Shown here: in pieces, positions 25,046-36,100 of the stretch | Layout of the letters: each line of letters opens with the position of its first letter | Numbering within the stretch: position 1 is the stretch's first letter | Source of the DNA: Spirogloea muscicola | Taxonomy: Eukaryota | Assembly: GCA_009602725.1 (NCBI GenBank) | Contig: WELB01000006.1 | Coordinates: 487,634-534,025, forward strand | Reading direction: 5' to 3' | DNA length: 46,392 nucleotides | Notes under the pieces: model-generated | The model's input: the letters and a program-made list of their open reading frames with translations, nothing else | Databases searched by the model: none | What the model was told of the DNA's origin: nothing | Program-made: the position numbers and the translations under genes

Positions 25046-26782
25046 TCGTGGCCTCGCCATTGGCGGCGAGTCTCAGCGATGCCGGCCTGCGACCCGGGGA
25101 GACGATAACTTTCCAGACTGCCTGCCAGCGAGAGAAGTGCGCGCCCATCTGCGCCTGCCCGTGGGCTGCCAGACATCAGAAGGGGGCCTCACCCTTCTCG
25201 GCGTCCCCCTAGGCTCACCTGCCTTTGTGACGGAGCAGCTGCAGGCGCGGCTGCAGGAACACCTCCGGCCGGCGGACCGTCTTCACACGCTGCAGGACAT
25301 GCAGCTGGCGACCGCTATGCTGACCCATTGCATCGTGCAGCGGCCACACGATCTGGCCCGCACCATCCCTCCCTCACCGGCGGTGAAGGCAGCGTATGCA
25401 TTTGACTCCCGCATCCTGGCGCCGCGGCCACCCTCGTGCAGCACCCTGCATTCCTCACCTCACCAGCTTTGCTGCTGCAGGCTAGCTTGCCGGCCAGCTG
25501 CGGCGGCTTGGAATGCCGCTCAGGTGCCCGCGCCTACGAGGCGGCCTACATGGGCAGCTGGGCTCAGGTTGCAGCCCCCATGAGCCAGAGATTCATCGTC
25601 CACGGCCATCGCGCCCTGGAGCGGGCGGCAGCTGAATGGAGATCGGCCAGCTGCCCTTTCAGCTTGTTGCCCTCCGCTCTGCCCGCGACGGGCTCCTGGC
25701 GGTCCACCCCAACATGTCGGAGCAGGCCGTCCCCTTCGTCCACCTCGCCCACACCCCTGACCTGCGTGCCCAGGCACGCTTCACGGCGTTGGTTTAAAAA
25801 GCGGCCTCTGACCAGGTGGTGGCGCTTCTCCCTCCGTCTGACCTTTGAGGGCGCGCCTGGCTGCTCTCAGCCTCCTCCCCTGGGGCGGCGGCGTGGTTAT
25901 CAGCGCTCCCACTCCGCGCGGCGCTCACCATGCCCGTTGAGGTCTTCAGGACGGCGGTCTTGGGCCTCCTCCCTCCCTGCCTCGTGGGCGTCACTCAGTG
26001 CGAGTGCGGTGCCCGTCACGCTGAACCTGCGGAGCTGGCTGCCCATCTGCGCCGTTGCGCGCACGGAGGCGAGCGGACCGCTTCCCACGACCTCCTCCGA
26101 GATGGTATGCAGGGGGAGTTTTCGGAGGCTGGCTTTAAGGTCGCGGTGGAGAACTCCTCCATAATGCCCATCCAGCTGGGCGCGGACGGCCAGCCCCATA
26201 CGCGACGCGCCGACCTGGTCGCCATCCCGCCCGGCGGCGGTCCCCGCATCATCGCTGATGTGGTGACAACTGACTGCATCGACTCCGCCAATCCCACCAG
26301 ATACGGCGTCGTTTGCAGGGCACGCGGTCGGCCAGGCGGCCCGGGGCAAGGAGCGAAAACATGCCGATCACCCGGTTGGTGCTGAGTCCGCGACCCTGGC
26401 GATAGATGTACACGGGGCTTACGGCAGCCGCTGGCTGGATCTACTCCAGCGGCTTGCCCGTCAGGCCATTGACCGGCGGCCGGGTCTGCCAGCGGCGATG
26501 CCCGGCTTCACTGCCGCCGAGTCGCTCGCCCAAGTCTTTCGTATGAAAGAAAGTGCTCGCCGTATGCGCATGGCGGTATCGTTTCAACGCTCCCTTGCCT
26601 ACGCCGTCCACACGCGAGCAGGCCGTGCTATGGCTGCCGCCTCTGGGTCTCGGCGGAGTGCCTCTATCCCTGCAGCGAGCTACTCCGACCTGATGTTGCT
26701 CACTCGCGGGTACTGAGCTTCCCTTTGCATCGTCTTGCGTTTTGTAGTGTTTTGAGGTGTAGTCCGTTTTTCGGCACCTCTT
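25045..26782 (+). mobile_element. 5'-truncated, frameshifted CRE-clade non-LTR retrotransposon (RT C-terminus, Zn-knuckle, PD-(D/E)XK endonuclease)
   Basis: DAGLR..QREKC, GLTLLGVPLGS, ATAMLTHCIVQRPHDLARTIPP, QASLPASCGGL, ARLLSASSPGAAAWLSALP, CECG..HLRRC..G..HDLLRD, RRADLV..RIIADVVTT, LAIDVHGAYG, SFQRSLA...LTRGY* (26716). Several frameshifts. Confidence 0.88.
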
Positions 26783-26786
26783 TGGG

Positions 26787-27795
26787 GCAAGCGCGGCCAG
26801 ATTAACTGGTGGCTGGGAGAGGCCAGCCCAAAAGAATGGACAAGGTCTGAAGGAGTCGGAGTGCTAAGGACTGAGACAGCAGTAAGCGAACTCTCAGTAA
26901 CCTCTCGTCAGTAGATGCAAGTCTGAGTAGCTAGCAGGCGGAAAGACGTCGCCCTGACGGAAGCCGGAGGCCGCCGCCAGAGCGCGGCCTGCGCGCAAGT
27001 GGACCGCAAAAGCTAGGGACCGCTGCACAGNNNNNNNNNNNNNNNNNNNNNNNNNNNNNNNNNNNNNNNNNNNNNNNNNNNNNNNNNNNNNNNNNNNNNN
27101 NNNNNNNNNNNNNNNNNNNNNNNNNNNNNNNNNNNNNNNNNNNNNNNNNNNNNNNNNNNNNNNNNNNNNNNNNNNNNNNNNNNNNNNNNNNNNNNNNNNN
27201 NNNNNNNNNNNNNNNNNNNNNNNNNNNNNNNNNNNNNNNNNNNNNNNNNNNNNNNNNNNNNNNNNNNNNNNNNNNNNNNNNNNNNNNNNNNNNNNNNNNN
27301 NNNNNNNNNNNNNNNNNNNNNNNNNNNNNNNNNNNNNNNNNNNNNNNNNNNNNNNNNNNNNNNNNNNNNNNNNNNNNNNNNNNNNNNNNNNNNNNNNNNN
27401 NNNNNNNNNNNNNNNNNNNNNNNNNNNNNNNNNNNNNNNNNNNNNNNNNNNNNNNNNNNNNNNNNNNNNNNNNNNNNNNNNNNNNNNNNNNNNNNNNNNN
27501 NNNNNNNNNNNNNNNNNNNNNNNNNNNNNNNNNNNNNNNNNNNNNNNNNNNNNNNNNNNNNGTCCCTAGCTTTTGCGGTCCACTTGCGCGCAGGCCGCGC
27601 TCTGGCGGCGGCCTCCGGCTTCCGTCAGGGCGACGTCTTTCCGCCTGCTAGCTACTCAGATTTGCATCTACTGACGAGAGGTTACTGAGAGTTCGCTTAC
27701 TGCTGTCTCAGTCCTTAGCACTCCGACTCCTTCAGACCTTGTCCATTCTTTTGGGCTGGCCTCTCCCAGCCACCAGTTAATCTGGCCGCGCTTGC
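26787..27795. repeat. 234-bp inverted repeat (26787-27020 / 27562-27795) flanking an assembly gap
   Basis: The arms are reverse complements with one mismatch seen. The outer ~67 bp of each arm is the CRE-tail module. Confidence 0.85.
27031..27561. other. Assembly gap (531 N)
   Basis: Run of N. Confidence 1.
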
Positions 27796-27799
27796 TGCA

Positions 27800-28262
27800 T
27801 TGGAAGAAAGTGCTCGCCCGTGGAGAAGAGGGGCTGGCAGGGGAGAGCCACTTCGGCACCTTCGGCACCTACTTTCGGCACCTTCCTCACTCGTAACTTC
27901 TTAGTGGTCCATCCTCCACCCGCTCTGCCATAGCGTCAGGCCCCTCCGTTATTTGGCCCCTTCGAACCTTTGTTCCTTTCGAGCTGGCTTTTCACAGCCC
28001 TTGCCCCCATTGGATACTGAGCTCCCCTCTGCATCGTCTTGTGTCTTGTAGTAAAGTCCTTCTCCGGCTCCTCTTTCTTTGGCTTTGGACATTGTCCATT
28101 CTTTTTGGGCTGGCCTTGCCAAGCCCTCTTCTCTAAGGGCGAGCACCTTCTTCTTGCCCGCATTGGGAGAGCCACTTCTTCTACTTCGGCTTTTGGATAT
28201 TGTCCATTCTTCCCTGGGTTGGCTTTGCCAGCCCCTTTCCTCTAAGGGCGAGCAATTCTTGC
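27800..28262. repeat. Dense stack of CRE 3' ends from several subfamilies
   Basis: Antisense tail at 27802-27840 and TTCGGCACCT x3 at 27851-27883. LTRN-type ORF end plus UTR at 27885-28012 (cf. 29622-29820). 28015-28052 resembles 26711-26748. Hairpin modules at 28085-28185 and 28195-28260. Confidence 0.8.
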
Positions 28263-28339
28263 AAAGTTGCTCCGAGTTGCGGCAGCTGACTCGGAGTTAC
28301 TAAGCTCCCACTCGGTGTGGTCTCTTGCATATCTGTGTG

Positions 28340-29025
28340 GTCTTAGCGCCTTCCTTTTATAAGCAATGCCCTCCTTGCAACTCCTCCTCACTCCTTCTCA
28401 GCGCTTGCCCAAGCTGGACGAAGGGGCACAGGCAAGACTCATCGCAGCAGTCAAAAGTGAGCGTTGCAAGACGCTGAGGAGGATGTCAGAAATGGGGACC
28501 AAAGCGAAGAATCTAGATCGACTTACCTCTCTGGCAACACCTGGGGCTACCGACTGGCTCACGACTCGCGCCATCCACAATGCTTCTAAGATCAGCCTCG
28601 AGGCTTATCGGACGCTCCTCCAAATGTTCCTTGGCCTGGCCCCCACCTGCCAGAGAGTATGTCAGTGTGATGCGGCTTTCACGCGGAGGGCGGAGACCTT
28701 GCTTCGCATATGCTGCGATGTCCCGTAGGCCCTGCATTGGTGGGCGAGTTCAAAATGTACTACGGGATGCCCTGGCGGACTTGATGGGTGACGCCGGCTA
28801 CCGCGCCATTGTGGAACTGAACAACATTGTGCCCATCACCACGGATGCTCAGGGACGCCATCACCGTCATACCCTAGACATTGTGGGTGTACAACCTGGC
28901 GGAGGGCCACGAGCCTTGGTCGATGTGCTTTAATGGAGGCGTACAAGAGTCCAGCATTGACCCACATTGCTGGTCACGCAGTGGGAAGTGCAGAGCGAGG
29001 AAGCTGTAGCACTACTGCCACCAGC
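28340..29025 (+). mobile_element. Degenerate CRE-like retrotransposon fragment (different subfamily)
   Basis: RLTSLATPGATDWLT, YRTLLQMFLGL..CQRVCQC, QNVLRDALADLMGDAGYRAIVE, HTLDIVGVQPGGGPRALVDV, AGHAVG. Collinear with 25850-26350, with stops and frameshifts. Confidence 0.82.
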
Positions 29026-29241
29026 TAAGGCTCGACCAGCTTTCTGGTGCAAGCATGAGCTTGACCTTGCTGCAAACAGGCTGACACCGGACGTCGCGAA
29101 AACAACAGATAGGCTGCATCGAGGACCCGTGCAGCTAAAGGTGGTTACTTAGCGGGTGATGTGCATCTGTCAATGCGCTTGCCTTCGTACTTGGCCACTC
29201 AGGCCCCTCATAATTTACATTCAAACTCCATTCCCCTTTTG

Positions 29242-29845
29242 GCAAACCCGGGGCTTTCTGCCTCGCGGGCTGGCCACGCTGCGGCGAAGGCCGCTCGCAG
29301 CAAGGCGGCCAAACACGCCGACCACCCGGCTGCCGATGAGTTCGTCCCCCTGGCTGTGGACGTGCACGGGGCTCTCGGATCCCACTGGCTCAACCTGTTG
29401 GCCAGGCTTGCACGGCGCGCTTTGTCCCGCAGGCGTGGTGAGCCGGCTGACTTCAACGCCGCTGGCTCGTGGGCTCAGGTGTATCGTATGCGCTTGTCCG
29501 TCTCCCTCCAGCGGTCCATGGCCCACGCCTTGCATCTGCGTGCTGGCCGTGCTCTCGCTGCGGCCTCCGGCTTTCGTCAGGGGGATCGTTTTCCGGCAGC
29601 TAGTCTGTCGGATGTGAGGCTTCTTACTCGTAACTACTGAGTGGTCCATCCTCCCCCCTTCTGCCATAGCCTCTTCAGGCCCCACAGTCGCTGCTTAGCT
29701 CGTAGTTTGGCCCCTTCGAACCTTGTCCATTCTTTTTTTGGGCTGGCTTTGCCAGCCCGTCTTCTCTATGGGCGCGCACTTCTCTTTCGGGCTGGCTTCT
29801 CACAGCCCTTGCCCCCATTGGGAGAGCCACTTCTTCTTCTTCTGT
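29242..29845 (+). mobile_element. Young 5'-truncated CRE-like insertion (intact C-terminal ORF to 29640, plus 3' UTR ending (TTC)n)
   Basis: ANPGLSASRAGHAAAKAARSKAAKHADHP..FVPLAVDVHGALGSHW...LSDVRLLTRNY*, with no stops. The UTR ends GAGCCACTTCTTCTTCTTC. Confidence 0.88.
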
Positions 29846-30113
29846 TTGCACTCGCCTCTGCTTGAACTGTGTATTGGCTTGTATTGGCTTGGCCCCTCTT
29901 CTCTCTACTGGGAAAGTCTCTCTCTGTGCGCAGCCACGGGACACCGAGCCAAGCACGGGGGCTCGTCACTCCGCTGCCGCCATTTCAGCTCCGCCAGGTC
30001 GCACCCCCGCTCTCGCGCCGCCGGAGCCGCCCGAGGTGCCCTCGCAGAGCGGCCGGCGGCCGCGGCGCACGCTGCCTCGCCGGAGAGCCGCCGGCATTGC
30101 ATTGCGCGGCCCC

Positions 30114-33100
30114 ATGGCTGCAGCGGCGGCGGCTGCGCCGGCCGCGTCCGGATGCGGCTCCCGCCTCGGCCGCTGCTCTGCGACGGGCGATCGGCGCGCC
30201 CATTCCGCCTGCCGGGCGGAGCAGCTCGGCTGGCGGCACGGCGGACAATGGGGGCGGGCGGTCCGGCTGAGGCCCCTGAAGATCAGCCTCCGGGCAGCCT
30301 GCCATGCATATGCTCCTCGGGCAGTGCTGGCCGACAAGCCAGCGGCTGAATCCACCCGGGCGACGGATGTTCTCGATGTAGCGAGCTCAAATAGCAGTCC
30401 TGCAGGTGTGGAGGACATCACACTGGATAATCCCGCCACAATTCTGCAGCAGCAGCAAGCACTGTTCGAATAGCACAACACTGTAATGCAGGGATAGCAA
30501 TTTATTCGGGGTAGGACCAAGTATGTACTGTGTGTCCATAAGCGCAGTTCCTACGCTCTACTGCCTGTCCATCACGTAACTACTTCACAGCATGCCAATG
30601 CTTGCAGAGTTGTTCATGGCTGCTGTTGAGGCCTCTGAGGAACTGGCTAAGGAGCTCCAGCACAAAATCGATGCAAAGATGTCCCAGATACAGCAACTCC
30701 AGGAGTCCATTGACTTACTGTACAGGGATACCTTCTCCAATGTACCCGTCAAGGGGAAAGGCCTAGCTGCAGATGAGCAACAGGCCCAGGAGGGGTTCAC
30801 AAAGGTGTTCAGTGAAGTAGATGAGGGCCTGTGGATGGAGCTGGGCAGGTCTGAGCCCATAGTTTTGAAGGCTCTCATTGGTGAGTAGCCAGTCTCTGCG
30901 CACCTTGAGTGTATAGCCTGTCAGTGCTCTGTCAGTCAGGGCCCAAACATGCCCAGCGAATGGGTCATCTCCGGTGCCTCTGCCTGACTATAGTTGGCCA
31001 CTTCCATGAAGCAGCACAGCAAAAACCCGTCTCTCTATGTTCTTCCAGTAGTCATGTCCTATTATAGGCATGAAATTTTGGTGTTTCGATCACAACTCTA
31101 GGATTGTGTGGCCTGCCTACAGACGTGTCAGCGGCCAGTGTTGCCAGACCATCCTTAGTGAGCCCGTGCTAAGACAACTGAACCCCCTTTGGTCCACAAT
31201 TGCAGGCTCGGTAGACAAGGCCAAGTGGGCAGAATTCCAAAGGCAGATCCACACAAAATCTCTCACAAGAGATAGGGCACGCAAGGTTTGCCTCCAGTAC
31301 CTTTTAAGTATGACACTTCAATTAAAGGCAGACAATGCAGAAGACATACACTGCACCCAATGATACGTGCAGCTTGTAGACTTGCAAGTCTAGGGCTGGT
31401 ATTGCTTCGGCTACAGTTGCTGTACGAGCAGGTTGCAATTATTTACCAGCCTTCTACCAGCTGACGAAGTATAAGACATCTACACAACTCCTTCGCACAC
31501 TAACTTTGGCTATCGTTCAAGTGGAGTAGGAGTTGCTGCTGCTGAGGACTCAGCTTGAAGAGACTCTGGCTATTACAGCAGCGGTGTGTAGTGCATGCCT
31601 CATGACACCCTGCTCTATCTGGCAATATATATATAGCACTCGATCTGACTGTTCAGCTGTCTATGAAGTTGATCATCCCAAAGCTACTGCTGCGAGAGAG
31701 GAGTGACAATTGACAGTCCTCTTCGTACGTCCACAGCCTATCAGTGGGGACGACATGGGTGATGAAGCTGACAGTTGGACCAGGGATGGCAAGAAGCAAC
31801 AGGCAGGTGCACATGGCTCAAGAACAGACAGGTGTTCAACACAGGAAACCAGCATTGTCCTGATTTCAGGATTTGAATCCTTCAACGTCGAACTTTACAA
31901 GAAAGCTGGGGCTGCTTTCACTTCTATCTGCCCAGGTGGAACTGATGTTCGTGGAGAAGAATGCCCTCTAATTTAGTCAGCATTGTCATGGTTGCCTGAA
32001 ATGTTTCATGGGTGATGTGGCTGCCTGACTTGAACCACGATGGTGGTCTTCACAAAGCAAGTGCTTTGGAGGAAAGAAAGACTGATGTAGAATCTGATGA
32101 CTTGATGCCACGCTATCCCAAACAAGCGACAACCTTATCCTTTTCAAATGAATTCTGCAGATGTCAAGGTTCACATCTTCAGTGACAGAGACCTTCTTAG
32201 CAAGCGCCAAGAGGTGTGGCCTTTTTCCAAGTCACTGCTGTAAGTCTGTCATCTACTAGCAGGTTCTTGTACTTTGTAGTGAATGCCAAGCATCAACTGA
32301 ACCTGACCTTCCTGATGGTAATGTCTTTGTGTACTGTCTACACACCCAACAGCATATAACCTGCACCAATCATGCCAGACACCTACCTTGTGTGCTCTAT
32401 TCGTTATGCATCTTTCCCCTCACAGGTAGAAGCAAAATTGGCCCAAGCAGATGTCTTCTTTGGTAGCTTGCTCTTTGACTACGACCAGGTAAGACAAGCA
32501 ACCGCCATGTGCTCACTCGCTTACCAGGGTTCGTGTAGATGAGCCCCCCTCAAAGCCGGATAAGCTTAAGTGGAGGGGATAAATACATGTCCTGCTATGT
32601 CAAAATAATGGATTCTTTGCTTGACAACTCCTGCTCCCTTGTGATATTGCTTGCTGATTTATCCTGCTGCTAAGGTTGCTTGTCGTGGTCACCCAAAAGT
32701 CTTCCTTACGCTTACCAGCATAGCATCTCCCCTCAGGCAAGTGCTTGCTTGATATGTTAGCTTGGCCTGATGACTGGCACCTGCAGTGTGAGTGGCTGCA
32801 AGCAAGAGTAAATCACATACCAGTTCGCCTCTGTTTTGAGTCTTCCCTGGAGCTAATGTCCACAACGAAGATCGGCAGGTGCTCCTTGCAACAGCAATAG
32901 CTCCCAGATGCTTGCATCTTATCTCCTCCCATATGGCACCGACTTAGATTTAATGTAGGCCTCTGGGAGGTTATGAAGACCTTCCCTTTTCCAGTCTAGC
33001 TCTTGAGATGGTATATGGTCCTCTCCCACTTTGGTACGTCCTGACTCACCCCATACAAGACTAAGTATAGTACAGTGTAAGACACGCCAAGCAAGAAAGG

Positions 33101-36100
33101 TCCATTGACTAAATGGCCTGCCTGCTATTCTGAACATCTGGACCTCTGCAACTTGCTGCACAGCTTCACAATGGGTGGTAAGGAGCAGAAGAAGGGCATG
33201 CCTGCTCCAATCAAGGCAATCCTTGCCAAGTTTGGGGGAGGAAAGGAGGAAGACAAAATGGTCTTTTTCACTCTACATTCCCTCTTCCTCCTGTTTGCAA
33301 TACTTCTCTTAACAATGCATGTGAGCTATCTTATGCATCCACAGTGTGCAACCACTCTACCCTGAGGCAATCATAAAGTGTGGTCGAGCAAGATTATTGT
33401 CTGCACCAGGGTGCATCTACTACCTAAGTCTACTCTCGTGCGTGATCAGGTGGGCTACTTAAGCTTTCTGAAAATTGGGCCAAAGCTTCTGCGATTTGTT
33501 CCTGGGCAGAAGGTCCGCGATCTGCGTAATTGGCTCACTATCTATGGGTACTGGAATCAGGTGTAGTCCCAGAACAATTCACTGCTCACTTGCTTTCAAC
33601 TCCCAGGAACTCTTCATGTAGACGCTCTTTTGATCAAGCAACACTGTCTGATCGATACCAGTAACAGTGTACCAGAAGAGATGCTGCACCATTAAGATTA
33701 AGTCAGCAGATAACGTGAGTTCTGGTTGTAAGCATCCCCTTCTTCGGTGCTAAGATTGACATTCAGAAAACAACAGGGAGGCATGGAAAATGTGATGAGC
33801 ATGTTCAGCTATCTGGCGGCTGAGTACCTTGGCAAGACTGGCTTGCCTAAGGTCACTGTGAAAGAGACTCCAGCCCTGGGAGTCTACCATCCTGATCACG
33901 GTTAGTCTGCATATCGTACATCCTTTGAGGAGCCTCCGATAGATCTGGAGATTTAAGCTATCTGACTATGTTGTAAAGTAGGTGTTGAAGGGCCATGACT
34001 GTGCCCGAGTTTCTGCTTCTTGGTGTGAAATTCTTAGCACCTGGCAGATACAGACACTTGTATTAACGGTACTGGGCATAGTTGGTCTCACCAATGTCTT
34101 ACTGATGCCAGGAGATTATTTCACGAATGCTCAGGATTACTTGAAGTGGCACAAGACTCTCTCAAGGTTGCCTCAGAATGCCCCAGTGGTGGCTGTTCTG
34201 CTATACAGAAAGCATGTCATTACAAAGCAAAAATACATACCCCAGATGATCCATATGTTTGAGAAGGAAGGCATCAAGCCTGTCCCCATCTTCATCAATG
34301 GCGTGGAAGCCCACACGGTCGTTAGAGATTTGCTGACATCAGTGCATGAGCAGGTGTGCAGCTCAACATAATATCCAAAGGATTACAATGACACTAAGCG
34401 AGTATGTAGGATTCACCGGCCAACCTCTTCTCTGCCTTGCGCTGAAGGTTTTGCAATATCAGTTGCCATTAACCCTGGTTTTGAGCACCACTTTATGCAG
34501 GAGTTTAGGAGGAATGGGATAAAGGCTATAACGTCTTTAAGCAAGTCTGCTGTCACTGTGGACGCTGTTGTCAGCACGATAGGTGAACCACCACTGACAA
34601 GTGCAAGGCCCCTGTTTGAGCACAAAAGTGACCTGCTGCTTCCTCTTAAGCGAAGCAATGCTCCTGCTATTTGTCCTCGAGTGCTGGGAATATTAGTAGT
34701 CTGTTAAGTCAGTCAACATCTCAGTGATGTATGCATGCATGAACTATGCCACACTTTCTACTTGTTCGCAGGTTTCCCTCTAGTAGGTGGACCTGCAGGC
34801 ACCATGGAGGGTGGACGGCAGGCAGAGGTATACATCTCTTGATTTTACTTCCCTGCAGTTTCAAATTTATTATACTGCGTACATCGCTTTCACAAACACC
34901 CTATGGCAGGCGTTCTTATAATGTTGCTGGAGTGCTGACTAGGTACTAAATTTGTTAACTGCGTGTTCCAGATTGCCAAGAGCATTCTACAGGCGAAGAA
35001 CCTTCCGTACATAGTGGCGGGGCCCCTCCTAATACAGGACATTCGCAGCTGGCAAAGGGATGGTGTGCAGGGACTGCAAAGTGTCGTCCTCTACGCCCTG
35101 CCGGAGCTTGATGGGGCAATAGATGCTGTGCCCCTTGGTGGGCTTGTTGGGGATGGCATACACCTGGTACTGACTCGCTTTTGGTCTCTCGCATGCTGAA
35201 CGGTAGCTGTTTGGGATTTGTCTTGCTGTGGCAACAACTCTGCATTGATTGTCCTTTGTAGCAAGAGTTGAGAGTATACATGCACTTTGATCGATTGGTC
35301 AATAACCTGCTTCAAGCACGTGCAAAGAGGGCAGAGGAACAACAGGTGGTGTGCTCTGTATGCTTCTGAAGTTAGGAGCAGGGGTCCTGGCTTCAAGTGA
35401 GTGACACTGCTTTCAATACAGACTCTGAAGTTGCTATCAGAGCCTCAGAGCTTTGAGTACGTAGTAGATCACTTGGCTATACAGGTGCCTGAACGGGTTC
35501 GGAAGCTTACGGCGAGGCTAAAGAGCTGGGTCAATCTGAAGAGAAAGCCAGTCTCCAGGCGAAAGGTGAGATCCAATAAACAATCTGGCGTGCCAGGTGG
35601 ATTTTGCCAAGCTGGTTCTGGTGTAAGTTGTGCTTGACCACACATGTGCTTAACCATGTTAATACTTCAGAGGAGCAACTTGCAGGAATGTGAGAAAGGC
35701 TGTCCTAGTCAATTTGTTGCCTCCTTTGCACAGACTTGTACATATCAAGGCTCCTTCTTGCCTTACATGTGCAGGTTGCTATTGTTCTATATGGCTTTCC
35801 TCCCGGCGTGGGAGCAACAGGCACAGCCGCACTGCTGAACGTGCCCAAGTCGCTGGAGAGGCTTCTGCAGAGGCTTAAGTCGGAGGGGTGAGTGCAACGG
35901 TCATTCAAATGTATCTTTGCTTGCCAAATTGTTGGATGAGATATTGTTGTCGCTTGTCTTCAAGCGCTGGCCTGCATGGTGTGTTTGGTGCATGTCATAA
36001 TGGCTTGTCGCTCGTTGATGTACAATGAGATGTGTCGCTCGTGGATGTACAATGAGATGCGGATCTTGTTGCAGGTATGATTTGGGAGACATGGAAGAGT

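Noticed and set aside
24796..26853. 67-bp inverted repeats bracketing the CRE copy, read as DNA-transposon TIRs
   Set aside because: The cargo is RT/RLE rather than a transposase, I saw no flanking TSD, and the repeats are better explained as independent tail insertions.
27665..27715. Hammerhead ribozyme core (CTGACGAG...GAGA)
   Set aside because: It lacks the required GAAA and a convincing stem III/NUH arrangement. The tail also does not fit an HDV-like P1/P3/L3 pattern by eye.
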